A stretch of 64,000 nt of DNA from Azolla caroliniana (GCA_043228905.1 JBHGNT010000001.1:14384001-14448000), one strand, 5' to 3'; shown: positions 13,184 to 24,858, counted from the stretch's first letter. Program-made: numbers and translations. The notes: generated from the letters alone by a model not told the origin.

Positions 13184-16100
13184 ATGCCTCTTACCGCCTT
13201 AGCAGAAACCTGTGCCTGGCTCCAGGAACGAGGAATGGGCGGTTATCTGAAGATCATCGATGCCCCCGCGCACCCAGATGCCCAAAATGTGGCGAAACGT
13301 ATAAGTCCCGAAGCCATCACCAACAACGTGCTTCGGGCTATTTTGGACTTGCAACGGGGAGGGGACCATGAGGTCGACATACCCCCGGCATCAAAGATGA
13401 AGGCGTACTTCGGGGAGTACTCAGCCACAGGGAAGGCATATCGCACGTATGGCGGGCCCAACAAAGCTTTCGGGGAGATTGCGCGTATCTTGATGGAGTA
13501 TGCGTTTGTGCATACGAACCCAACGAGCATGCCGCAGAACAAGGCATCCATCATCATCAACACTTATGAAGGAAACATAATCGATTGGGGAATCATCACA
13601 GGCGAAGGACTCCGCGCCGCCTTAACTTCATTTCAGTCCGGTAAGAAGATGTTGTCTGTTCTTACCCACTTTTTGATGGTGTTATACCCACCCTCTTCTC
13701 TTCCTTCCCCTCACGCACTCACGTCCCCACCACCACCACGAAGGCAGAGAGAGAAATTCGTGGCCATCAGCCACGAAGCCTGGGAGGAGCCCACATCGCC
13801 TTCACCCCTTGCCGCTGACCAGACAACCGCATCTGCACCACCACCCGCTCAACCCCAACAAAAAAGGGTAGTTTCAGAGACCTGCCAAGAATGGGAGGGG
13901 GAGATAGCCGCGGAAGACAACACAACTGATGACGTCACCATTCGACAACCAACGTCGCGGCCCTCGGTAACGTCCCTAGGACCTAGCCCACGCCCCAACA
14001 CACAGCAGGCTGCACCACCACGACCATAGAAAAGGAAGCAGGTGGAGGAAACAACACTACCGGCCCCGGAACCCCAACCACAGCCAGGCAAAAGAAGACA
14101 ACTCAACCGCGAGTCCTCGGAAGAACGAAAGGAGCCACAACAGGAGCAAGCCTTAGTGGTCAGACAGAGCAACTTGGCTATCACCCCTGCGGAGGCATCG
14201 CTGAACCAGGGAATGATCGAGCATGGGCAGACAACACAGATCTTGGAGGATGAAGTCCTCGGGTATAAGGACCTCCCCGCGGAGGCTTACGAATTTAGTG
14301 CGCTCCTCCGCCTTGGTATGTCATTCGAGCTGGTCGACTTCCTCACCAGAGCCCAAGTCGCGGCAGCCGCTCGGATGGCGGAAGAGCACGCTGAGACAAA
14401 AATGGTTCAACGCGCGCTAATAGGTGAAATTGAGCCCCAGGAGGACAGGGCTTTACAAAAAATCGGGAGGAAGAAGCAGGCAAAACAGGCCGCTCTCCTC
14501 ATGGAGGTCCCCGAGTTGAACACGGCCCTTATCGAGGCATATCGGGACCTAGATCGCACTACGAGGGCAACCAAAGACATGGCCCGAAAGATAAAAGTAG
14601 CCCAAAAACAGGCTAAGATGGCTACACAGCTATGGGACGCTGCGAACCAGAAGCTGGCAGCCTGGGAGCAAAACCGGCTGGAACAACAAGTCCCGAGCCT
14701 TTCGGTAATAACTACCAAGGGCCTCCCAATGCCCCCACGCATAACGATGATGGATGGAAGCACCATCACCGACTCCATCCTGAAGGTGCAGGCCAGTACA
14801 CAAACGAACTCGTTACAAATGATCGATGCCTGCACAACAACCGAGGCGGCCACGGTCGTGGAGCAACCCAAACTAACCGCACCAACCAAGGAGGTGGCAA
14901 CCCAAACAGAACCCCCGCTCCGGGATTACCGTGCGGAGCTTACAGAAGAACAACGGCGAACCGAGAGACACGAGCAACGACATCAAGAGGCGATGGCTCG
15001 CCTAAAAGAAGAAGCTTCCAAGCAGATGGCCGAGATAAGAGCCCAGGCCAACCAAAGGATACACGAGCAACACGAAGCATTGGGCCGGGTACAAGCGCAA
15101 GCCGCGGCCAAGGAAGCCAAACTCAAAAGAAAGCTGGAGGAATACGCAGCCACAGTAGTGAAGAAAGAGACGGAGGTTCTAGACCTACAGGCCGCGCTCG
15201 ACAATGCCCACGACTGGATCCAGCGGCAGGAGGAAAGAAATCGCGAACGGAAGGAGAGGATGAACGCGGAGAATGCCGAGCTGCAGAGTCAGCGGACGAC
15301 CCTTAAAGAGATGGCTGATGAGTTTTTCATCAAGTGCAAGCTACTTTCCGAGCAAAAAGAGGCCTTATCAGATTCCTACTTCGCCCTACAAGAAGAGAGA
15401 ATCGTCGAACGGGAACAAATCCGGGCCACGTGTAAGAAAGAACGGGAGCAGGCCATCGAAGAACTCACGAAGCGTTACGAGCAGGCTCTCCGGCTCGTAA
15501 CCACGGATGCAAAGAACAGTCAGACCATCTATGAGCTAAAGACACAGAAGATTCAGGCCGAGGTCGACGGCTTAAAACAGGAATTAGCAGCCATCCGAGC
15601 ACAACCCGGCATGGATGAGACACGCATCCGCATACTGCTCGAGAAACAGCGCCAACACCTTACCAAAAAGGTCGAGGAAACATTAAGTTGCGCAAGAGAC
15701 GAATGGGCAACCCAAGCTGTCGAATTGCATATTTTACGCGCCGACGCCGAGAACCGACGGAAGGAGGGCCGCAGCTTCTACAAAATGGACGAAGCCAGCA
15801 TTCAAAATTTGCGTGCAGATTTAACCGAGGATTACCAGTCCTTGGCAAAATCTCACACCGCGGCAATCGAGCAAATAATGGAGGACTTCAATGATGGTCA
15901 GATGTTGTTTCGCCTAGAAGCAGAAGCCTTCGAACGAGAACGATTCGCTGCCATCCCCACCAGCCCTCCAACGGCCACAGAGCAGAAAGAAGAACCTCCT
16001 AGCGAGGAGATCACGGACACAGCACAGGAGGAACTTGCCCCGGCCAATGGTCATCCCATGGACGTCCACATGGTACCAGAGCCTGTCGAAGGAGAGGCCA

Positions 16101-16273
16101 GCACCCACGAACCCACACCCCCACCAGAAGAATCGGCTGCACCCGAGGCCGACGCCCGAGAAGATATGCCACCCTCGGACCAAACTCAACCCCCTGCACC
16201 AACAGTCCAACCATACCACCCTGCCGCCACCCCGGACCCCGAAAGCATCCTCGACATCTTAAAGGAAGAATGA
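13184..16273 (+). pseudogene. Extra sense ORF2 of gypsy B, about 1030 codons with one in-frame TAG at 14027; N-terminal domain, Pro-rich linker and long coiled-coil-like region
   Basis: ORFs 13112-14029 and 14042-16273 share a frame; homologous blocks at 57888-60480 on the minus strand. Confidence 0.8.
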
Positions 16274-16329
16274 AACGAGGATCACGCCTAAAAGGCCATT
16301 TTTGTAATATTGTTAGTATTTTGAAGGTG

Positions 16330-16369
16330 GTGGGTCCGACGGACAAGGTCCTGTCCCACGGGCGTGCCA
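16330..16369 (+). other. tRNA-Arg(UCU) 3'-part mimic at the position of the PPT
   Basis: GTGGG-TCCGA-c[GGAC AAG GTCC]t-GT-CCCAC-GGGCGTG-CCA, then GG and the LTR. Confidence 0.8.
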
Positions 16370-16371
16370 GG

Positions 16372-16825
16372 TGTTGTCCAGAGGACAGAAATGTAAAATT
16401 AGGAAATTAGCAGACGCCGAGTCCGAGTGTCACGGGCCACCAAGGGCTCGGCTGTGTGTAAGGGGAAAAGTTATTTAAACGAGGAACAGTACCTCAGAAA
16501 GGGAGAGAAGAAAATTATAGGCGGAAGCACTAGCTTAGTCATTCGAATTAGATAAACTTGTAAGGTCACCGGCCATAGGCCGTGTTCTGTAATCCTTTCT
16601 GCAAGAGTAATACATCTTATTTGTGCCTATTTTGGTTGCATGATTCTGTGTTTCGATCTATACCTATGAGTTTCACGCCGCCACGTCTATCAAAACCTCG
16701 TTAGTGTTTTCTCTCTGAACCCTGTATCTCTCTCGACGCCTCTGTACGAGCCTTCACATACCACGCCCTTGAAGACCGATAGTCGCAGATCTATCGAAGG
16801 TGTTCGCCCAAAGGAACGGGTAACA
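16372..16825 (+). repeat. 3' LTR of gypsy B
   Basis: Direct repeat of 1188-1641. Confidence 0.95.
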
Positions 16826-16830
16826 GTACT

Positions 16831-19800
16831 CCCAATCAGATGATAGAAGAAATTTAGGCCGTGGAAATAGAGATCAATTCGGAGAAGGCCGTCATGGTTG
16901 ACAGATCCAAGAGCGTAACTCCCACCAATGGCAAATGGACAGGAACAACTCTAGAGAGTTTGGCAGAAGGGGGAGTCATCACTCCAGAACAAGCAATCGC
17001 AATAACCCAATCGAATGCGGATACTGCGGAAAACTCAGACTCTACGAAGAGGATGCCGAAAGAAGAAGCGAGACTCCGCTTTGACCGGTTGACAGTTCAC
17101 GAATTACGCATCGAATTCCAACTATGAAAATCGTAGCGGAATGTTCACGAATTACGCATCGAATTCCGGCTACGATGATCGTAGTGGAATGTTCATGATG
17201 AGGCACAAAGCGCACTCAATGGCAACTCAAGGAGAAACAAGCACCACGCCCTCAGAGAATGTATGGTTTGTTGACTCGGGAGCATCAAACCACATGATGT
17301 CTCATGAAGATTTGTTTCGGGAATTACGAAAACCCGAACGTTTTGGATATGTCAAGATAGGCGATGACACGAATCATCCAATACAGCATATCGGGAACGT
17401 CCCATTCGGAAACGACGGTAAACAAACCTACCTCAAGAACGTGTTGCATGTTCCTACAATCATGAAAAACTTGGTCTCGCTCGGGCAAATTGTTGAACAA
17501 GGAATGCAAGTATGATTCAACAATGATGGGTGCTTTATTGAAAGAGGTGATCGAGTCGTAACTCATGGCCGTCGTGAAGGCCGTATGTTTGTCCTCGAAT
17601 CGAAGGAGGTAAAATCAGCCATGTTTGCAAAGGGCGTCAAAGTTGAAACCGACCTACAGTTGTGGCACAAGAGAATTGGTCACATCAATCCCCAGAAGCT
17701 TCAGAACATGCAATCGAAAGGAGTCGTAATTGGACTCCCCAAATTTACCGCGTAGGAAATTATGGGCGTATGCGAAGCGTGCTAGTTCGGAAAGTAATGC
17801 TGACATCCATTCCCGAAAGAGCGGAATGTGAGCAAAGGGATCCTGGATGCCATACATTCAGATGTATGGGGACCGGCCCAAACAAGCACACTTGGTAGAT
17901 GTTGATATTATGTCACGTTCATCAACAACTTCTCCAGGCACAACTAGATCTACCCAATGAGACAGAAGAGTGAAGTGTTCAGACACTTCCAGAGGTTCAA
18001 GGCCGAAGTCAAAAAAACTACGGGTCAGCACGTATGCTGCCTTCGATCAGATGGAGGAAAAGAATATTTTTCGGATGAGTTTACGGTGTATCTCCAAAAG
18101 GAAGGAATCCGACGAGAATTTTCATGCCGTCACACACCTCAGAAAAACGGCGTAGCCGAGCGGAAGAACCAGCACATAGCACGGGCAATGATGAACGAGA
18201 AGAACTTGCCAAAATCATATTGGGCAAAAGAGGCGAACATGGCCGTATACCTCATGAATAGGTGCACAACCTCGGGAGTACACGACACAACCCCCCAAGA
18301 GAAGTTTCTTGGTAAGAAGCCGGACTTATCACATGTTCGTATTTTCGGCTCAATCGCTTATGTGCATATTCCCGATGATACGCGACAAAGGCTCGATCCG
18401 AAGTCGGAGAAATGTATCCTCGTGGGGTACTCGTTCGAATAGAAGGGGTACAAATGCTACAATCCATATACCCGAAAAGTTCGAACAAGTCGAGATGTCA
18501 TTTTCGACGAGTCTACATCCTGGTACACACCAGAGACAACTTCGACTCTGACCCCGCTCAACCCGGAATACGCCGAAATAGAGGCAGAAGCCGAAGATCG
18601 AGTTACGCGCATGTTCGACGAAAGTCCAATAACGACCCGATTAAGTGGTCCACAAGAACCTCTGAGTGATCAAAGAACATCTCGGCCGAGTCTGAAGCTG
18701 GACAAAGGGAAGGCAAAAATGGCGGGCGGAGTATGAAGATGATCACTTCAACGACAACGAATCAACTCAATCCCTTGATAGTGAGTTCGAAGGCCTCGAC
18801 ATCCGGACAAATGGAACGAAGAAAGCCTTAGTATCCGCGAACGAAAAACTACACTGGTCCACCCGAGATAAGAACCTCGTAAGCCGTTACAACTACAATG
18901 AGTACATGGCGTATCATTACGCCTTTATGATGAAGGTAGCGTCGGGAGCCGGAAACCCTTTTCGAAGCCATAAAAGATCCGCGATGGATTGACGCGATGA
19001 ATGGAGAAATGTAAGAACTATGCAAAAACGAGACATGGGATCTCGTTCCTCACATTCCGCACAAGAAAGCAATTGGCTGCTGATGGATTTACAAAGTAAA
19101 ACACAATGTTGACGGCTCCATAAATCGCTTCAAAGCACGGCTCGTTGCGAAAGGATACGCACAAACGCATAGAGTTGACTACAAAGACACCTTTGCCCTA
19201 GCGGCAAAGATGACAACTATGCGAACCGTGGTTGCAATCACAGCAGCAAAAGGGAGGCACCTCCATCAGATGGACGTGAAGAACGCCTTCCTCCAAGCGG
19301 AACTAGAGGAGGAAGTGTACATGATCCAACCACCCAGCTTTGAATTGCGCAATCATCCGAACGTCCTGTGCCGACTCAAGAAGCCACTCTCCGGCCTCAA
19401 ACAAGCACCGCGTGCATGGCATTCGAAGATCAAGCAGTATCTTCATCAAATTGGATTTCGAATGTCAAAATCTGATAACTCTTTGTACATCCGAAACGAG
19501 TCAGCTAGCCCGATCTTCATCATCCTATACGTGGATGATTTGGTCATCGGAAGAAAGGAGCTCGCCGAGATTAACAAGGTCAAATCCCTTCTCTCCGGCA
19601 AATTCGAAATGAAAGACCTGCACGAACTCCATTACTTCTTAGGAATCAGAGTAATTCGGATACCAGTCGGCATAATGATCTCACAACGACACTATGTCCT
19701 CAACTTACTCTACAAGTTCGGCATGACGGAGTGCAAACTTGTGTCGACCCCACTTGACCGCAATCTCAAGCTTGATGTCGATTCCGGAACAGCCGAGTGT

Positions 19801-20499
19801 GAGCCAACTCAGTATCACTAATTGATCGGCAACCTCATCTACCTAACCATTATGCGGCCCGACCTCAGCTATTCGGTCGGCCTACTTAGCCAATTCATGC
19901 AGAATCTGTGAAACCTTCATCTTGATTGCGCTAAGAGGGTACTTCGGTACGCCGGTGGTACGATGTATTACGACGTCAGATACAGGTAAAATATGATAAT
20001 TCGACTTGAAGGGTACACAGACGTGGACTAGGCAGGTTATAAAGTGGATAGACGATCAACATCATCGACTTCTCCCTTGGCAGCGGAGCAATCTCATGGA
20101 GTAGCAAAAAGCAACTGACAGTTGCACTGTCGAGCACGGAGGCCGAATACAGAGGCGCAACAGTCGCCGTGCGAAGCCATATGGCTCAAGTTTATACTGA
20201 AGCATCTGGGCGTACCCATCAAGGATCCGATTCGTCTATACTGCAACAACATGAGCAGTATCTACATGGCGCGAAACCTCGTATTCCACGCGCGGACTAA
20301 GCATGTCGAAGTGCACTACCACGTCATCCGCGAACGCGTGCAGGCCGGAGATATAGACTTACACCACATCAACATGAATCTACAGGTAGCCAACATTTTC
20401 ACAAAAGCCCTTGGTATTGACAAGTTGCGGCAGTTCGTGTTGAACCTTGGCCTATCTCTTCCCGACCAGCCGAGCTTGAGGGGGAGTACACAACAGTGA
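16831..20499 (+). pseudogene. copia A gag end and pol, heavily degraded
   Basis: WFVDSGASNH, LRSDGGKEY, HQMDVKNAFL, YVDDL, HARTKHVEVHYH. Confidence 0.9.
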
Positions 20500-20659
20500 A
20501 CTGATCAATTGATCGAACCCGTCGTGAACGATGATTACATTCAAATATGTGATGTTATCCCTTCCCAACTCCATGCATGTATTGGTTGCGCAACATTACT
20601 GAGCACTCTCATTGTCATTGTTGTATTCCGATTCTCGAGAAGCGGAACCTAATCCTAAT

Positions 20660-21174
20660 CGTTCGTACTAGGGATCTGTTAATCCTAGGGTCGGACAACA
20701 GCCTAACACAGGGTGTCCACTTAAGACACTTCACCAAAGGGTGTTACGGCAGGATGACTTATGACACAACGCTTAATTAGACCTTAATCGGTTACTTAGC
20801 AATACATCATTAACATGCGTAAGATATTCAATAAGCATAGAACGGTAATCAATACTGAAGGATTAAGGCAATAAGTTCTATTAATTATCTGTTGTCAATT
20901 ACATTGTAACCGGGCCTTTATATAGGTCTCCGGTGCGAAGTACAAAACGGTGCCAACCGGCACCTATTTGGAATCGGTCTGGATCCGGATCGGCATACCG
21001 ATTCCGGTCCGTCCATCCATATTAATAAAATAATTACAACAGTTCCCGTATAAACTATTCCTTTCACACTCTGGTCTGGACATCCTTAAGCCTTCTTTGC
21101 CGGTTGGGTAACAGGATCGAACCTAGAATCTCTGGTTTCATAGACCAACGCCTTATCCATTGGGCCACAAGATC
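20660..21174 (-). pseudogene. trnR: tRNA-Arg(ACG) pseudogene, anticodon mutated to ATG and T-arm split by a solo LTR
   Basis: GATCTTGTGGCCCAATGGATAAGGCGTTGGTCTATGAAACCAGAGATTCTAGGTTCGATCC, insertion, then CTAGTACGAACG. Confidence 0.85.
20677..21113. mobile_element. Solo LTR, 437 bp
   Basis: TGTTA...TAACA termini, TSD GGATC on both sides, absent from the other array units. Confidence 0.88.
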
Positions 21175-21440
21175 TTCGGTTTTCCATTGGTTATACTTCC
21201 ATTGAGGATCGCGATTGACATGCGATACACTTTTGATAAGGAATTTGTGCCAATAAACCATTCCATTTCTTTTACCTATTAAACATCATCATCCTCGTAA
21301 ATGAATGCATCCATTAAGCCAAAACAGTGGATACAAGATCACATTTTCTAGACGGTAGAGACAAATGCACATTATGACACCATGAATGATTCTTGATCTT
21401 CGTGTTTTTGATGTCGTACACTAGGGTCATTATTCTAAAA

Positions 21441-21513
21441 CAATCCTACTAAGGGTCGAACCTAGAATCTTTGGTTTCGAAGACCAACGCCTTATCCATT
21501 AGGTCATAGGATC
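21441..21513 (-). tRNA. trnR: tRNA-Arg(UCG), 73 nt, best-preserved copy, possibly a pseudogene
   Basis: GATCCTATGACCTAATGGATAAGGCGTTGGTCTTCGAAACCAAAGATTCTAGGTTCGACCCTTAGTAGGATTG followed by TTTT. Confidence 0.7.
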
Positions 21514-22287
21514 CTCGACCTTACATCGAAAACATGAAAGAAATGAAGATCTCACATGTGAACGGATAGGATCTCTTATTTCTCATCATATTTCTTGATC
21601 ATCGTATTTTTCATAGGATCTCTTGTCTCTTACCTTACCATTATATTACTTGCCACATTACGGAGATGAGCTTAAATGGGTTTATCAGATAACGCTATGC
21701 GGTGTGACGTATGTAATCCATAGAAAAGCATTCATGACCATACAAATGACCTTCGAAAGAGTTTTCGTCTCAAACTATCCATCTCTGATGTGTAGATACT
21801 ATTCTCGTCTCATGATACCAACCGCTAGATTCTTCCACTCGTACGTAAATTTGCATTGTTGAATCTCGAATATGCTATCTTCTATTAATTCTCTTCTAAC
21901 CAAATGAAAAGTATCATGCATGCGACGTCTTAGTGGTGGCCTTCCTATAGATTGTTTCGAAATATTAAATGACGTCATCCTTGTTGATGACTAGATTCAA
22001 ATACACATCATACAACAAGTAGGCATCATCACATTCTTGCGTCTACTAGATTGTATTCAAACTAGACCAGATAGGAGCACGGCGAGCCTAAGCATAAAAG
22101 GCATTGTTCCCTTGAATGAATGCGCATTAAAAAAGTGTAAACGACATCGTGGTGATCCATGATTACGTTCAAATTTGTAATGGTATCCCTTCCCAAATTC
22201 ACGCATGTATTGATTGCGCAACATTACCGAGCACTCTCGTTATCATCATTGTATTCCGATTCTCGAGGAGCGGAACCTAATCCTGAT

Positions 22288-22360
22288 CGATCCTACTAGG
22301 GATTGGACCTAGAATCTCTAGTTTCGTAGACCAACGCCTTATCCATTGGGCCATAGGATC
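22288..22360 (-). tRNA. trnR: tRNA-Arg(ACG), probable pseudogene (T-loop GTCCAATC)
   Basis: 73-nt cloverleaf, acceptor GATCCTA/TAGGATC, anticodon loop CTACGAA. Confidence 0.7.
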
Positions 22361-22637
22361 TTCGGTTTTCTATTGGTTGTACTTCCATTGAGGATCGCGA
22401 TTGACATGTGATACACTTTTGCTGAGGAATTTGTGCTAGATAAATCATTCCATTTCTTTTACCTATGAAACATCATTATCCTCGTAAATGAATGCATCCA
22501 TTAAGCCAAAAAACAGTGGATACAAGAACACATTTTCTAGACGGTGGAGACAAATGCGCATTATGACTCCTTGATGAATGATTTTTGATCGTTGTGTTTT
22601 GGATGTCATACAAAACACTAGGGTTATGATTCTAAAC

Positions 22638-22710
22638 CGATCCTACTAGGGGTCGAACCTAGAATCTTTAGTTTCGAAGACCAACACCTTATGCATTAAG
22701 CCATAGGATC
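22638..22710 (-). tRNA. trnR: tRNA-Arg(UCG), probable pseudogene (D-loop GG changed to GC)
   Basis: 73-nt cloverleaf, anticodon loop CTTCGAA, intact GGTTCGACCC. Confidence 0.7.
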
Positions 22711-23491
22711 CTCAACCTTTCATCGAAAAGTGAAAGGAATGAAGATCTCACATGTGAACAGATAAGATCTCTTATTTCTCATCATATTTCTTGGTCATCG
22801 TATTTTTCATAGGATCTCTTGTCTCTTACCTTACTATTATATTACTCGCCACATTACGGACATGAGCTTAAATGGGTTTATTAGATAAAGGTATGTTGTG
22901 TGACGTATGTAATCCATAGAAAAGTATTCATGACCATACAAATGACCTTCGAGAAGAGTTTTCGTCTCAAACTGTCAATATCTCATGTGTAGATACCGTT
23001 CTCGTCTCATGATACCAACTGCCAGATTCTTCCACTCGTACGTAAATCTACATTGTTGAATCTCGGATACGCTATCTTCTATTAATTCTACTCTAACCAA
23101 ATGAAAAGTATTGCGCATGCGACGTCTTAGTGGTGGCCTTCCTATAGATTGTTTCTAAATTTTAAACGACGTCATCCTTGTTGACGACGACATTCAAATA
23201 CACATCATACAACAAATAGGCGTCATCACATTCTTGCGTCTACTCTCTTGCATTCAAAGTAGGCCAGACAGGAGCACGGCGAGCCTAAGCACGAAAGGCA
23301 CTATTCATGTGTTCCCTCGAGCGAATGCAAATTAAAAATATGTAAATGGCATCGTCATGATCGATGATTACGTTCAAATACGTGATGTTATCCCTTCCCC
23401 AATCCACGCAGTATTGGTTGCGAAACATTATCGAGCACTCTCGTTGTCATCGTTGTATTCCGATTCTCGAGAAGCGGAACCTAATCCTAAA

Positions 23492-23555
23492 CGATCCTAC
23501 GAACCTAGAATCTCTGGTTTCGTAGACCAGCGCCTATCCATTGGGCCATAGGGTC
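23492..23555 (-). pseudogene. trnR: tRNA-Arg(ACG) pseudogene with an 8-nt T-arm deletion
   Basis: GACCCTATGGCCCAATGGATAGGCGCTGGTCTACGAAACCAGAGATTCTAGGTTCG joined to TAGGATCG. Confidence 0.8.
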
Positions 23556-24818
23556 TTCGGTTTTCAATTGGTTGTACTTCCATTGAGTATGGTGATTGAC
23601 ATGTGATACACTTTTGATGAGGAATTTGTGCCAGATAAACCATTCCATTTCTTTTACCTATGAAACATCATCATCCTCGTAAATGAATGCATCCATTAAG
23701 CCAAAAAACAGTGGATACAAGATCACATTTTCTAGAAGGTGGAGACGAATGCGCATTATGACTCCTTGATGAATGATTTTTTATTGTCGTGTTCCTTATG
23801 CATTAAGCCCTAGGATATTTGACCTTTCATCAAAAAGTGAAAGGAATGAAGATCTCACATGTGAACAGATAAGATCTTTTATTTCTCATCATATTTCTTG
23901 ATTTTTGTATTTTTCTTAGAATCTCTTGTCTCTTACCTTACCATTATATTACTTGCCACATTAAGGAGATGAGCTTAAATGGGTTTATCAGATAAAGGTA
24001 TGTGGTGTGACGTATGTAATCCATAGAAAAGCATTCATGACCATACGAATGACCTTCGAGAAGAGTTTTCTTCTCAAACTTTCAATATCTTATGTGTAGG
24101 TATCGTTCTCATCTCATGATACCAACCACTAGATTCTTCCACTCGTAAAATTTCTAGAGGATTAACATCTAACACTAATTTCTTGGTTAGCATGGACTAC
24201 ACCGCCATGTACATTAACACGGGATATCGTTAATGTGGAACAATAAGTTTGTTTCCTAATAATTGGTATTAGAACTTCCTAATCATTTGTTGAGGATTGG
24301 CATCCACCACACCAATTTGTTGGTCACCATGGATTACACAACCACGTATAATAATGGAATGTAACGAAGATGGAACAGTGACATTATTTCCTAATAAGTG
24401 GTACTAGAACTTGTCCATATTGTAGATAATACTTTCTTGTTGATTAATTCCCTTGTGCTTTGGATACATGAAGATCAATCAACTGAGGAAATAATTGTGA
24501 ACACCCTATTTTGAAACCATTCTTCCTCCCAATAGACAAGGGATCATAGATGATTGAACTTCCCTCAAATTCATATACTGAATTATTGAGCACAGAGAAT
24601 CATAGGTATGGAGAAGATAGGTATAAGGAGTGAATTGAGTATAGAGAATCATAGGTGTGGATATGATAGGTTCAAGGAGTGAATTGAGTATATAGAGTTG
24701 AGAATCAAACTCAACTTCCACTAGTGTGTAAACACACCACTACTATGTAATAATTAAGTAATGTGTCATAGACGTAGCTCCTATGACACATACTTATGAG
24801 GTTGTTAAGGTTTCATCC

Positions 24819-24858
24819 TGAAAACGTGAGTGTTTGCGGAAGCGTAAAACAGAGAACA

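Larger units (their letters stand above)
1188..16825 (+). mobile_element. Full-length Ty3/gypsy element B (non-chromovirus, Athila/Tat/Phygy/Selgy-like) with an extra 3' ORF
   Basis: Two 454-bp LTRs with about 8 differences, TSD CTACT/GTACT (4 of 5 match), domain order gag-PR-RT-RH-INT, no chromodomain seen. Confidence 0.93.
184..20525 (+). mobile_element. Degenerate Ty1/copia element A, host of gypsy B; 3' LTR missing
   Basis: LTR TGTTGAG...TTTCA (184-475), tRNA-iMet PBS, gag from 578, then protease, integrase, RT and RNase H remnants at 16831-20499; reading frame continues across the B insertion (MLY|SQSD). Confidence 0.85.
20521..24147 (-). repeat. Tandem array of ~1.2-kb units (about 2.7 copies), each with a tRNA-Arg(ACG) and a tRNA-Arg(UCG) sequence
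   Basis: Units start near 20521, 22146 and 23351; homologous tRNAs are 1197-1204 bp apart. Confidence 0.9.

Noticed and set aside
1188-16825. Reading B as a minus-strand element with antisense ORFs, with its PBS at 16353-16369
   Set aside because: All ORFs are on the plus strand, a plus-strand PBS follows the 5' LTR, and the minus reading has no PPT either
22140-22287. Dicistronic tRNA-snoRNA (ATGATGA C-box on the minus strand)
   Set aside because: The C-box is present in only one of three units and no D-box was found
20660-23555. tRNA-Arg array as the primer source for neighbouring gypsy B
   Set aside because: These are ACG/UCG types ending TAGGATCG, not complementary to the PBS TGGCACGCCCGGT; proximity looks coincidental
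24190-24695. Short duplications with PBS-like TGGTAYTAGAAC motifs and a ~47-bp dimer
   Set aside because: Too degenerate to assign; probably ancient LTR debris
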